NCBI RefSeq assembly: GCF_001194135.2 | Contig: NC_068984.1 | Span: 66,454,267-66,518,266, forward strand | Direction of reading: 5' to 3' | From: Octopus bimaculoides | Lineage: Eukaryota | DNA: 64,000 nt | Shown here: positions 51,936 through 62,464 of the stretch, piece by piece | How the letters are laid out: each line of letters starts with the position of its first letter | Position numbering within the stretch: the stretch's first letter is position 1 | Made by a program: the position numbers and the translations under genes | The notes under the pieces: model-generated | The model's database searches: none | The model's input: the letters and a program-made list of their open reading frames with translations, nothing else | Told to the model about the DNA's origin: nothing

Positions 51936-52889
51936 AATTATCAAAAAGGATTTTAGCATTGACCCTGTCATGTTTTTAGCGTTTCCTTGGATTACATTAT
52001 CCATTGTATCTTTCATTTGTTTTAAGTTATTAGGGTGTGATTTGAGGGATATTGAGGTATTTGTTTGCTATGTTTAGTAAGTCAATGATCATGTAAAGGC
52101 TTTCTCTCTCGCTTACATTTTGTTGCTGGTGGAGAAAACAACTACAAATTACAAGTTTTATAGTATTTTGCTCAATGTTTCTTTGTACTTATTTTAAATC
52201 TGACTGAGCCCTGCCTCAATTTTACTTCAACATATCTCTAAAACCATATCTTTAAATATTAGTACAAAATGTGGTGAATGGTTGGTTGTGACAATTCAAT
52301 TGCCTATAGCTCTCTTCTAAAAGAATTCCTATTGTTCCTTGTTAAACAATGTCAATATTTGCAATATCTCCATCAATAATGCCATTGTTTGCTCAATTTG
52401 ATAAGAACTAAAAAAAGAAGAAAAGTAATATTTGAAAAAAAGAAACGTTAAGAAAACCAGTCAAAATTTATCAAATTATGTAATTTCCGAATTACTGGGT
52501 TTGTAAATATTATCTTTAAAATAATCATCAGCTCTTATTACCATTACAAGCTATCTTAATGAGAAGAAGAAAGTGAGAAGGAGAGACAAAGGGAGAGAGA
52601 GAGAGAGAGGGGAGAGGGAGAGGAGAGAGAGAAATGAAAATAAAGTAAAAACAAAACAGAGCAAGGGAAGAATTAGAGTTTTAATGTAGAACAGCTGAGT
52701 GGTTAAGATATAAGGATTTTAAATATGGTTTCTTGGGTTCAAACTTTAGACTACATTTGAGTATTTATGTAGAAAATTTAAAAAAGAAAAACAAAATGCA
52801 TTGTAAAGTCACAAATAATGCCTAAATAGTATTTTAGCTGATATTTTGGATCCAACACTGCACAGAAGGTGTGTTGATATTTATAGCTC

Positions 52890-53100
52890 TAAGACAGTGA
52901 GCTGGCAGAAGTGTTAGTGTGTAGTGCAAAATGCTTAGCATTTCATGTGGCTTTATGTTTTGACTTCAAATGCAGCCAGGGTGGACTTTGCTTTTCATCC
53001 TTTTAGGGTCCATGAAATAAGCACGAGCTGAACACTGGGGTCAATGTAATTGACTTACTCCCTTTCCCAATGCTGCTGGCCGTTTGCCAAATTTTGAAAC
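52890..53100 (+). mobile_element. SINE family B
   Basis: GAGCTGGCAGAA...GACTTTGCTTTTCATCCTTTTAGGGTC...ACTGGGGTCAATGTAATTGAC. Confidence 0.8.
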
Positions 53101-53159
53101 TGATTGTATTTATAACTTTATCTACTTTAAGTTCTACTATTCAAATTAATTTAATTTAA

Positions 53160-53189
<30 letters not shown>

Positions 53190-53193
<4 letters not shown>

Positions 53194-53528
53194 GGAGGTG
53201 TTATTCAACGCAGGTGTTATTCAAATTCTTTTACTTCTGACACATGTTTCAAAGATATCACTGGTATTATTCCAAAGGTATAAAATGGTGTAAAACCATG
53301 TAATCTTCTCTTCAGGGAAATGAAGAAAGGAAACTCGTCAATAGGAAAGACATAGGTATGGTTTTATAGTTAAGAAGTGTGTGACACATTGGCTAAGTGC
53401 TTTCTACCTTAGCTTCAGGTTAATATTGACAAGTTCCATTTTATTCATTTGGAATAATACCAATGATATCTTCGAAACATGTGTCGGAAGTAAAAGAATT
53501 TGAATAACACCTGCATTTAACTCCATTT
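53190..53528. repeat. 67-bp inverted repeat (53210-53276 / 53448-53514, 64/67 identical), Penelope-like
   Basis: Arms compared base by base: three substitutions. Additional short arms AAATGGAG and CTCCATTT at the outer ends. Confidence 0.92.
53234..53320 (-). ncRNA. Type I hammerhead ribozyme motif with a long stem II
   Basis: TTTCC-CTGAAGA-GAAGAT...ATCTTT-GAA-ACA-TG-TGT-C-AGAAG. The other arm keeps the perfectly pairing ATCTTC and GGAAG. Confidence 0.7.
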
Positions 53529-53688
53529 ATTTATTTATATATATTATACAAAATATGTCACGTAAACCCAGAGTTTCTACCATTAAAACCAGAAGTTACA
53601 ACTTTTCACTTGTGTGATTTCTTTACTACCCTGATAACTATTTATCTATTCTTTCCGTGTTAATTGTTAACAAGGGAAAAATACACAC

Positions 53689-53732
<44 letters not shown>

Positions 53733-53757
53733 NNNNNNNNNNNNNNNNNNNNNNNNN

Positions 53758-53794
<37 letters not shown>

Positions 53795-54357
53795 TACTTG
53801 CATAGCAAATGACTTGATCTGAGATCGTGTGCTGAAACAAAAACAATTGCAGCATGAAGTGTTGTCAGTGAACAGGTCGCGGTTTCAAAGCGATGAAAAT
53901 ATTTAGAGACAAATTAAATTTAAACATTGAAATGAATCTAATGGTTTTTTTGTGAGTTCTTAAATGGCTTATAAACATCTTCCATGCTGCAACTGTTTTA
54001 TATATATACACACTTATGCTCACACACACACGTGTATATATACATATATATAAAGAAAAAATCCAGGGGAATAATTACAAGGTAGCTAAATGTTGCTTAA
54101 GTGTCCCAGGATTTATATATATATGCACACAGACACATGCTGTATTAGAGGTGTTCAAGAGTGACAACAGAAACATTTTCTGATGAGAGGACAACAAAAT
54201 TGAGAGCTAAATTTATTATGAAATGTGGGTTGACTCACTTGGACATTAAGCTTTTGCCTTATCCGACCAGGCTGAAAAGGGCATCAGGTGAAACTTGAAG
54301 TCTCAGACAACACAGATTTTTATACTAAGATATACATGTATATATACACACAAACAC

Positions 54358-54746
54358 ATCATCGTTATAGTTATAATGTCCACATTTCAATGCTTGCATG
54401 GGTTAGATGGGATTCAAAGGGACAGGTTTTCCTGCTGATAGCCATTGTCTGTTTTCAAGAAATGTAAAATTCTATCCTAGCTGAATATGTTTTCATCTAA
54501 GATTTCTAAGATTGGAAATAGATGGCACTACATGTGTGACAATGATACTCTTTTACAACAATCATGCAAGGTCAAGACAACACAACACAAAACAAACACC
54601 ACTCACTCATATGTTGAGTCGGTTTCAGTTTTCATTTACCAAATCCACTCACAAGGCTTTGATTGGCCTGAAGCTAAAGTAGAAAGCACTTAGCCAATGT
54701 GTCACACACTTCTTAACTATAAAAAACCATGCCTATGCCTTTCCTA
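54358..54746 (-). mobile_element. SINE with a deleted family A head and family C body
   Basis: AAAGCCTTGTGAGTGGATTTGG followed by GTCTTGACCTTG...ATGCAAGCATTGAAATGTGGACATTA. Confidence 0.7.
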
Positions 54747-55469
54747 AAGCCAAACACTATACAGTGTACTGGGTTCTTTTTTCCATGGTACCAACACTAA
54801 TGATGTCACTGTGTAACTCACAACATGAAAATGCCTTCTTTATTGAGTGGAAGTATAGATCAAAAGAAAATGGCTTTGTGGTAAGTATTGAGAGAGAGGT
54901 TGACGTATGATAGAAGGGATATAAACAAGTTTGTTGCTATTGAGGAGATACATAGCAACTCTGCATTAGATAATGTTGGGTGAGAGTAATTGGCATGCAG
55001 CTAGAGAGATAAAGATGGTGATGGAAAGGTGTCAGAGAAAATCCTCATGATGTAAGGGAAATAGAAGAGAATGTAGGAAACAACCGAGAGATGGAAGTTG
55101 AGGTGAATGTGGTGAATGATGAACAAGTGCGGAGGAATAGTCAGTGGTACACATGAGTTGTGGGAAGAGTTATACAAATAAGAAATTGGTTAATTTTATT
55201 TTATTTTAAGCCAATAAATATTTTTCTTTTGAAAATAGGTATTAATTTCAACTTTTTTTTATAGGTACCAAATAACTTCATAAGAGTTAAATTATAATCA
55301 TTGTCTTTGTGCTATTGTTTCTTGATGTTACCTATGGTAGAATTGTTTAAACTGGATGGAACCTGGGATGAAGTAGTTAGGGTGTAGTTAGGGTCAATTA
55401 CTAGATGTTGAGCCTAATAGAGGAGATGACAGTGCACCAAGGTATGTGATGATATGAAGTTCTTGAAGA

Positions 55470-55625
55470 AATCCATCTACTCAGCAAAAATAAGTTCTGG
55501 AAGCAGTGAAGACTGATCTCAAGATATTGAATGTCACAGAAGATATATAAAAAAAACGAAATGTCTGATGATTTGAAGTTCTTCAAATCATCTTAAGTTC
55601 TTAAGAAGACCCATCCACCTCAGTG
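55470..55625 (+). mobile_element. Old RTE LINE terminal fragment
   Basis: EAVKTDLKILNVTEDI...VLKKT, parallel to the RTE ending VVKxDLxxLGLTE...AVLEKT. Confidence 0.55.
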
Positions 55626-55629
55626 AGAC

Positions 55630-56090
55630 TGAGTTCTGGAAGTGCTGTGTATTATGTCCTCCACACCCACACATTACATTAATCCACTTGCCTCCAATGA
55701 ACCAAACTACATCTCATTATGCACTACACTTTTCTCTCTCTCTCTCTCTCTATCTCTTTTCCCCCACTCCTTTCTCCTTTATACCAATGCCACTTTGTCA
55801 TCTCTCTTTCTCTCCCCCACCCCAGCCAACTGTATCATTGCTATCTTGTCAATCCCTATCTACTTGTGTTCACCACTCACTGCATTTCCTTCTCTTCCAC
55901 CTCCCTTGTGAACCTCCTACTCTATTACCTTGTCCAATCAATCCGTACCACTCCACTTACATTCAACTCCCTGTAGGTTGAGAGTATGCCCTCCTATAAC
56001 TTCACCACCATCTCTCTCACTCCCCCTGTTTCTTTTCCCTCCATTTTCTCTCATTCTGAACAAGGTAACCATGTAGCTCCTCTACAACAA
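55630..56090 (+). repeat. Degenerate CT-rich interspersed repeat; similar-looking tracts at 15320-15560, 54860-55170 (-) and 61000-61330
   Basis: Strong pyrimidine skew with CCA/CTC/TCC-rich non-tandem sequence. Family unresolved. Confidence 0.4.
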
Positions 56091-57117
56091 GAAAGTTGTT
56101 GATGTTAGGAACCATACAAAAGCTAGGCGCAGCCTTCTGGCTTGCTAGCTCCAGTCAAACAAAATGGATATTAAATGATGATGATGAAGATGATGATATA
56201 TATATAGAGAGATAGATATAGATACACACACACAGACACACACACACACACACACAGACACACACACACACACACATGCACTATTTAAGTAGATAGATGT
56301 TAAAATATAAATAACATCCTAAACCATAGAAAGTTTCTTTAAAATTCGGCATGTCATCAGCAAGATGAAAATAGATATAATGACATAATATTCAAGTGTT
56401 CCTGTTTCTGTAAGTCATTAGATATCTTATTATTGGAAATCAGTAAGAATTTGAAAATTTTTCAAAGAATTTGAAGGAAAGTTCCATGTTATAATCATAT
56501 TTAACATATATCCAGCCAATATCGAGGCATTTTAAAGAATTAATGATGATTTATTCAATTCTGGCTGCTACCATTGGTTTGTATAGTTTATATTATTCTG
56601 AATCCATAAGAAATTGAAGTAATGTTCCATGTTTTGAAGATAATTTTATGAATATCAAGAACATAGTAATTTCTCATATTATATAAACCTACAAATTTCA
56701 GCAACCAGAATATGGACCATGCTCAATGTTAAGAAAAAAGAACATAAAACTGTAATATATATTATTATTATCAAATACATTATACATGTATACATATAAA
56801 TTCTTCAGCACCACCTTAACTCTGTGTATATGTGTGCATTCATACATATTTTTCAGAGATATTAAATTCCTGGAGAGGTTTTAAATCCAGTAGGTACATG
56901 TTGTTTCAGTTCTTCTGTGTTTTTAATGATTTTTTTTTTCTGTTGCCTGGAGAATGGTGGGCTTTGACAGATCATACTCTCCATGATACATGTAAAAAAA
57001 ATGGAGCTTTGTTTGCTGGTTACATGCTTCAGGTTATTATTTATAATGTTACAATGGGATGATTATTAGATATCATATCTGATATGCTATGAAACAAATG
57101 CAGATAACTCCCCATAT

Positions 57118-57375
57118 ATATCATCATCATCATCATTATTATTTTAACATCCACTTTTCTGAGCTTGAATGGATCAGATGGAATTTGTTCAGAGAGATTT
57201 TCTATTCCCTTCTTTTTGCCAACCTTCATCTGTTTCCAAGCAAGGTAATATTTCCCTTCGACCAAGCTTGCTTTTCAGGGAATATCAGGAAAGACTGAAA
57301 ATGAATGATGCCACTTATGTGACAGGTGTGCTCATTTACAGCTATCACATGATGTCAAGGCAAGGATATGCACAA
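57118..57375 (-). mobile_element. SINE family C body
   Basis: CCTTGACATCATGTG...GGGAAATATTACCTTGCTTGGAAAC...AAAAGTGGATGTTAAAATAATAATGATGATG. Confidence 0.75.
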
Positions 57376-57468
57376 ATAAGTACACCCACATAATACAGTA
57401 TGGTAGATAAGGCAATTAACTACATTATTTACATTTGATGGATATTTGTCCTCATCTTGTTTGTTGTT

Positions 57469-57511
57469 AACACATTTCGGCTGACATACCCACCAGCCTT
57501 CATCAGGTGTC
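57469..57511 (-). ncRNA. Minimal hammerhead motif lacking the cleavage triplet
   Basis: GACAC-CTGATGA-A-GGCTG-(10 nt)-CAGCC-GAAA-T-GTGTT. Confidence 0.65.
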
Positions 57512-57566
57512 TTGGGAAAATTTCGAACCTGAGTTCTCATTCCTAAGGTATTTTTTGATGTTGATA

Positions 57567-57624
<58 letters not shown>

Positions 57625-57626
<2 letters not shown>

Positions 57627-57696
57627 TCACTGCTTGGAATCAAACTCGGAATCTTGGGGTTAGTAGCCCATGCTCTTAATCACTACACCATATACC
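57625..57696 (-). pseudogene. 72-nt tRNA-like cassette inside the Penelope 3' region
   Basis: GGTATAT-GG-TGTAGTGATTAAGAGC-ATGGG-CTACTAA-CCCCA-AGATTCCGA-GTTTGATTCC-AAGC-AGTGACC. A- and B-box-like motifs; decayed acceptor stem. Confidence 0.65.
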
Positions 57697-58379
57697 CATG
57701 GGCAATTATGGAGTGAATTTTAGGGCTTATAAATCTAATATTTTCCTATCCTTCCTCAATACCGGTTCCCATATGCTATTCATACCTGCACTCGGTCTGC
57801 TTAGGAGGTTGTTGTGTCCTAGCGTATGTGCTGCTTTTTTTAGTTTTCGTATTTTACAGTGGTGTTCTCTGTCTATAATTTTACCTTCATCCCACAGTAG
57901 GAGGTGGTCTCCATTTTTCCATACATGATCAGCTATACCCGATTTATCAATATCTCCTCATGTCATAGCTTTGCGATGTTCCTCTACTCTTATTTTGAGG
58001 GGGTGGGTAGCATGTTTCGCCTTTGTATGACCTACAACAGCTACATGGGATGGAGCACACACAGTTTTTGGTAAAATTCTCTTCTACTGGTGGTTTTACT
58101 CGGAGGAGATATTTGTGAAGTGTCGTATTACTCTTGAATACTGTCCTGATGTCATATGGGCCGCATATCTTTTGTATCTTTGTGTAGGTCATACAAAGGT
58201 GAAACATGCCGCTGAAATATCTGATGTCAGGCAAAGCCAAATAGGTGGTGACAAAACAGCTGTACCAAAATGTCTCACACTCATTGACATTTACCTATAA
58301 ATGGGTAGGTTGTATGTTGTTTGTGTGTGAAGTGTGGTGCTATGTGGTAGACTAGAGATGTCCATTCAATGCAGAAAAT

Positions 58380-58700
58380 GTATGAAGGTTGGAAGAAAAC
58401 GAAGCAAGCATGTCATACACACAGTGGATGTGCAATGTTAGTGTGTATGGGTGATGTGTTACAGAAGAGCTGAATGAAAATCTAGGTATAAGAAGAAATA
58501 AATGTAATGTACAGACAGACAACTGTATGTGGACATACAGCTGATGCATATGGCTGGTAACAGATGGGTAAAGACATGTTTGAAGATAAGGTGGATGGAA
58601 ACCAAGATGACAAAGGCAAACATGAACAAAGCTGGGAAAAGCTGATTTTAGGATGTTAAATTTCCCACGGATGACAAAGGAACACTACAGATAGCAAGAC
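58380..58700 (+). mobile_element. Old RTE LINE fragment
   Basis: RLEENEASM...WMCNVSV...ELNENLGIR, homologous to the 30900-31030 region. Confidence 0.65.
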
Positions 58701-58884
58701 ATGAAGCTCACACCTATTTCAGTTACTGATGTAGCTCTCACCTACAGAAACTCTTTTGAAATCATTGTCAGAGCTATTCTTGTTAAAGGAAGGTAAGCTG
58801 TACTCTACAAAAGGTTTTGAGTAGTCTTTCAGTTTAATATAAAAACTGTTTGTGTTATAACATAAGAAAAATAATCATTCACAT

Positions 58885-58920
<36 letters not shown>

Positions 58921-59379
58921 GTTTTACGTCTTTCCTGTGACGCAAGCTGTAGAAAATGTTTTGACAAATCCAAGTGTTGCATGCAAGCACAGGAAAGAAT
59001 GTTATAATGATGATATGAGTGTATATAAACACACACATACACACACACATGCACATGCACACACACATGCACACACATGCACACACACACACACATGCAT
59101 ACATATACGAATACACACATATTTTGACAAAATGCTTTGCTTGTGACTGTACTCACTCTACCTCCACAATATAACACATTGAGATATGGCTTTTCTCCTG
59201 TTTGTATGCAGTGTATATGTAATAAACAGTGTATAATATTTATTTATATGAAGCAGCTGTTGATTTTTCAGTAGATTGTCAACTATGATAAAATTAATTG
59301 TTGGAATTATCTGTGGTATTTCAGTGCTAGTGATATGCTGAAAGATACCTGCGAAAAATGGATGATGCTTGTACTTGTT

Positions 59380-59943
59380 GTTGTAGTGGAGATGATGATG
59401 TTGGTGTTTATAGTGATGTTGATAGAGGTATGTGGTGGTGATTCTAGTTATGATAAGCTGGAAGATATGCTTTACACAATTATAATGGAAATTTATTAAT
59501 GCTGATGGTATTAGTCTTGGCTGTGTTGGAGTGATGCATCGATGGAGGGATGGTTGTATTACTTGGTGGTTGTGGTGCTAGTGTTATTATAATGATTAGT
59601 AACTGCAGCAAATGTTGTAGTAGTAACTGCTATTGCGATGGTAGTGGATGTAATGATGATGATGATGATGATGAGATGTGAATTATTTCATTGTATAGTT
59701 AAGGTGATAGTACTAAGTGTTGTATATGATAATAATGATGATGGTGGTGGTGGTAGTGGTGCAGAGGATGAGGACAATGATGGTGATGATTGTGGAAGTG
59801 GTGGTGGTGAGAGCACTGGTCGTGATATAAAAAATATTTCCTTGTAAAGTTAAGGTAATAGTACTAGCAGGCATGTCTGATGATGGTGATGATGTTGATA
59901 GTGGTGGTAAGGTTGATTATGAAGATGATAATGAAGATAGTGG

Positions 59944-59974
<31 letters not shown>

Positions 59975-60235
59975 GGTAGTTTTGGTGGTGCCAGTGGCAA
60001 TGATGATGTGAATGGTGATAATGATGATGACGATGATTAGAAGAATAGGAAGAAACTGAGTGAAGATTGAGGTACTGATAATGAAAGTGTATCAGCTGTA
60101 GTATGTAGTAGATGTAGTGGTTTATGAATATCATCATTATCATATTCTTCATAATCATTATCATCATCATCATTGTCAAAAGGTGGTGGTGATTGTTGTT
60201 GTTACTGCTGTTGTTGTTGTCATCATTACCATTGT
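59380..60235. repeat. Long (GAT/GGT)-rich low-complexity region
   Basis: Mixed trinucleotide runs; the His-rich and Met-rich ORFs over it are compositional artefacts. Confidence 0.9.
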
Positions 60236-60467
60236 GAATAATGTGTAATTAAATCAAAATAAAATTTGCTTTCGATAATCTCAAAGATTATAGTTTAGAC
60301 TCACAAAATGTCATCATATCTCAATTTTATTTATTTCATTTCATGCCTACTCACACCTTGGCAATTACATTATTGAGTTTTAATTCAAGGGGCACCAGAT
60401 AAATTTTAAAATAAAGATATTTATATTAAAAGCAAAAAACAAAAAAAAAAACAAAAGTATATCTATA

Positions 60468-60617
60468 GGCACAGGCATGGCTGTGTGGTAAGAAGTCTGC
60501 TTCCCAACCACATAGTTCCAGGTTCACTCCCACTGTGTGGCACCTTGAACAAGTGTCTTCTGCTATAGCCTCAGGCTGACCAAAGCCTTGTGAGTGGATA
60601 CTGAAAGAAGTGCATCA
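60468..60617 (+). mobile_element. SINE family A, 5' half
   Basis: GGCATGGCTGTGTGGTAAGAAG...CCAAAGCCTTGTGAGTGGA. Confidence 0.85.
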
Positions 60618-60664
60618 TATATATATATATAAATATATCCATGTGTGTATATCTGTATATAAAA

Positions 60665-60970
60665 TTTGCATGGCTTAGTGGTTAGGGCATTCAACTCACG
60701 ATTGTAACGTCATGAGTTCAATTCCCAGCAACATGCTGTGTCCTTATTTCACGTAGCTCTATCCCACTCAGCTGGCAAAAGTGAGTTGTATCTGTATTTC
60801 AAAGGGCCAGCCATGTCACACTCTGTGTCATACTGAATCTCCGTGAGAACTACATTAGAGGTACATGTAACTGTGGATTGCTCAGCCATTTGCCTGTTAA
60901 TTTCATGAACAAGCTGTTCCATTGATCGTATCAGCTGGGACCCTCATCATTGTAACCAACAGAGTGCTCC
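60665..60970 (+). mobile_element. tRNA-derived SINE family D, full length
   Basis: A box TGGCTTAGTGGTTAG and B box GAGTTCAATTCC; the body matches the reverse complement of 18481-18682. Confidence 0.85.
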
Positions 60971-61766
60971 TATATCAATATACACATCTCTCTTGCTCTC
61001 ACTGATTCATCAGCCCCTACTACCACTTTAGCTAGTACAATAAATACCTATGTCTTTTTTAAGAAACTTGACCGTTATATCCTATACTTCCTACCTTTTT
61101 GAGGTTTACTACTCACTTTAGTACACTCCACGTACAATTTTCTTTACCTATCTCCTCACCTTAGTGCCTCTTCCACCTCCCACTTCTCACACATATTCCT
61201 TCCTTACTTCTTTATTTCTTCCTTCTATCCCCACCCCTGCTATTCCTTTTATCCTGATAGCCCTCCTCTCCCATCTCCCTCTCAATATATTGACCACACA
61301 GCCATACTTGTGCCATTGTCTTTTAGAAATAGATATTGTTGCTATTATGTTAAACTGTTGTATGTCCAAATTCAGCCAAATGCATTTTTTCAATATTGAT
61401 TTTTGCTTGCAATAGCCAGTTCTTTTGGTCAAACCATCATATCTCCAGCTGCTTCAGATGCCAAAATATCAAACATTGTCAAAGTGTAGTACAACAGTTT
61501 TGTTATAGAATGGCGAAGTTATTTTTTTGTTTTCTTAAAAAGCAACGTTTTGGACTTACGGCACTTTTGCATAATAGCAACGATATATAAGTACAACTAG
61601 CTAGATGGTCATGAAGTGAGTCTCTTTGATCTTAGTACAGTTGAATCAAAACTAATGAGGAAACAATACTAAAAACAATGATCAAAGAAGGATAGTTCAT
61701 CGTAGTTTGTATGAAATACTTGGAGTACAGAAATCCAATATATTTACAGATGGATAATATTTGTGA

Positions 61767-62100
61767 CTAGCTGGCACCATGCCATCAAAAACGATGGCTA
61801 ATTGCAGTATTTTATATATAAATAAGGTACAAAACCAAGTTTTTAGTTCAATAATCCTTTTATTACCAAATATTTTGTGGAAAATCTCTCCGCAACTAAC
61901 ATCCCTTGACTGCTCGTTTCCTTCAAAAAAGTTTTAAAGTTTTCCTTCTTTCTTGTATGACTTAAGGCCACATAAAGCTGGCCATGATTAAATACGGGAT
62001 AGAATATTGATGGTAAATCAAATTAAAAGACTTGTCAATGTTATCTGGTCGTTGTCTTTTGAGATGTGACAGTGATCATCATTTGTTACTGATAGAATGC
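61767..62100 (-). mobile_element. Helitron 3' end with PIF1-type helicase C-terminal relic
   Basis: PVFNHGQLYVALS at 61998-61960 (Helitron/PIF1 motif PVFSHGQLYVALSR). Perfect 6-bp hairpin GCCATC/GATGGC at 61781-61798; terminal CTAG|T at 61770-61766. Confidence 0.88.
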
Positions 62101-62464
62101 TAATTCACACATACAAACATTCACATACTTCCCTTGCACACACACACACACACACACTTACATAAAGTTGAAATGCTGTTTGACTTTTGTTTTCAGCATT
62201 GACTGTTCACCATCCCACTTCCATTGCATAGACACACGCACACACACTCACACATACCTCCCTTTTACATACACATGCGCTGTTTGATATTTTTTCACCG
62301 TAGAGTTTCCATCATCCCACTACCAAGTTTGCCATCACCCCTTCCTTCCTTATTCATTTATCACCCCTTCCTTTCTCATTGTTGTGACAGAGAAAAACAC
62401 AAGAGTATTATTATAGTAGATTATTAGCATCAATAATGTAGGCAGCTGGAAGAAATACCTCAAT

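Larger units (their letters stand above)
57410..58330 (-). mobile_element. Penelope-like retroelement 3' portion: GIY-YIG relic, tRNA-like cassette, (AAT)n, hammerhead motif
   Basis: Translates as KIQKICGPYDIRTVFKSNTTL..YL.RVKP...NCVCSIPCSCCRSYKGET, and in the next frame KIRVEEHRKA...DIDKSGIADHVWK, which is the PLE GIY-YIG pattern. Frameshifted. Confidence 0.88.

Noticed and set aside
54165-54190. GAAAC...CTGATGAG as a permuted hammerhead
   Set aside because: Only 5 nt between the motifs, leaving no room for stems III and I.
55375-55393. TTAGGG twice, as an interstitial telomere
   Set aside because: Only two non-adjacent units.
56350-56620. QDENRYNDI (phosphatase-like) and a hydrophobic MMIYSILAATIGLY stretch
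   Set aside because: Short chance matches in AT-rich DNA with nearby stops and no continuing motif.
59850-60179. His-rich ORF
   Set aside because: Translation of (CAT/CAC)n low-complexity DNA; no splice or homology support.
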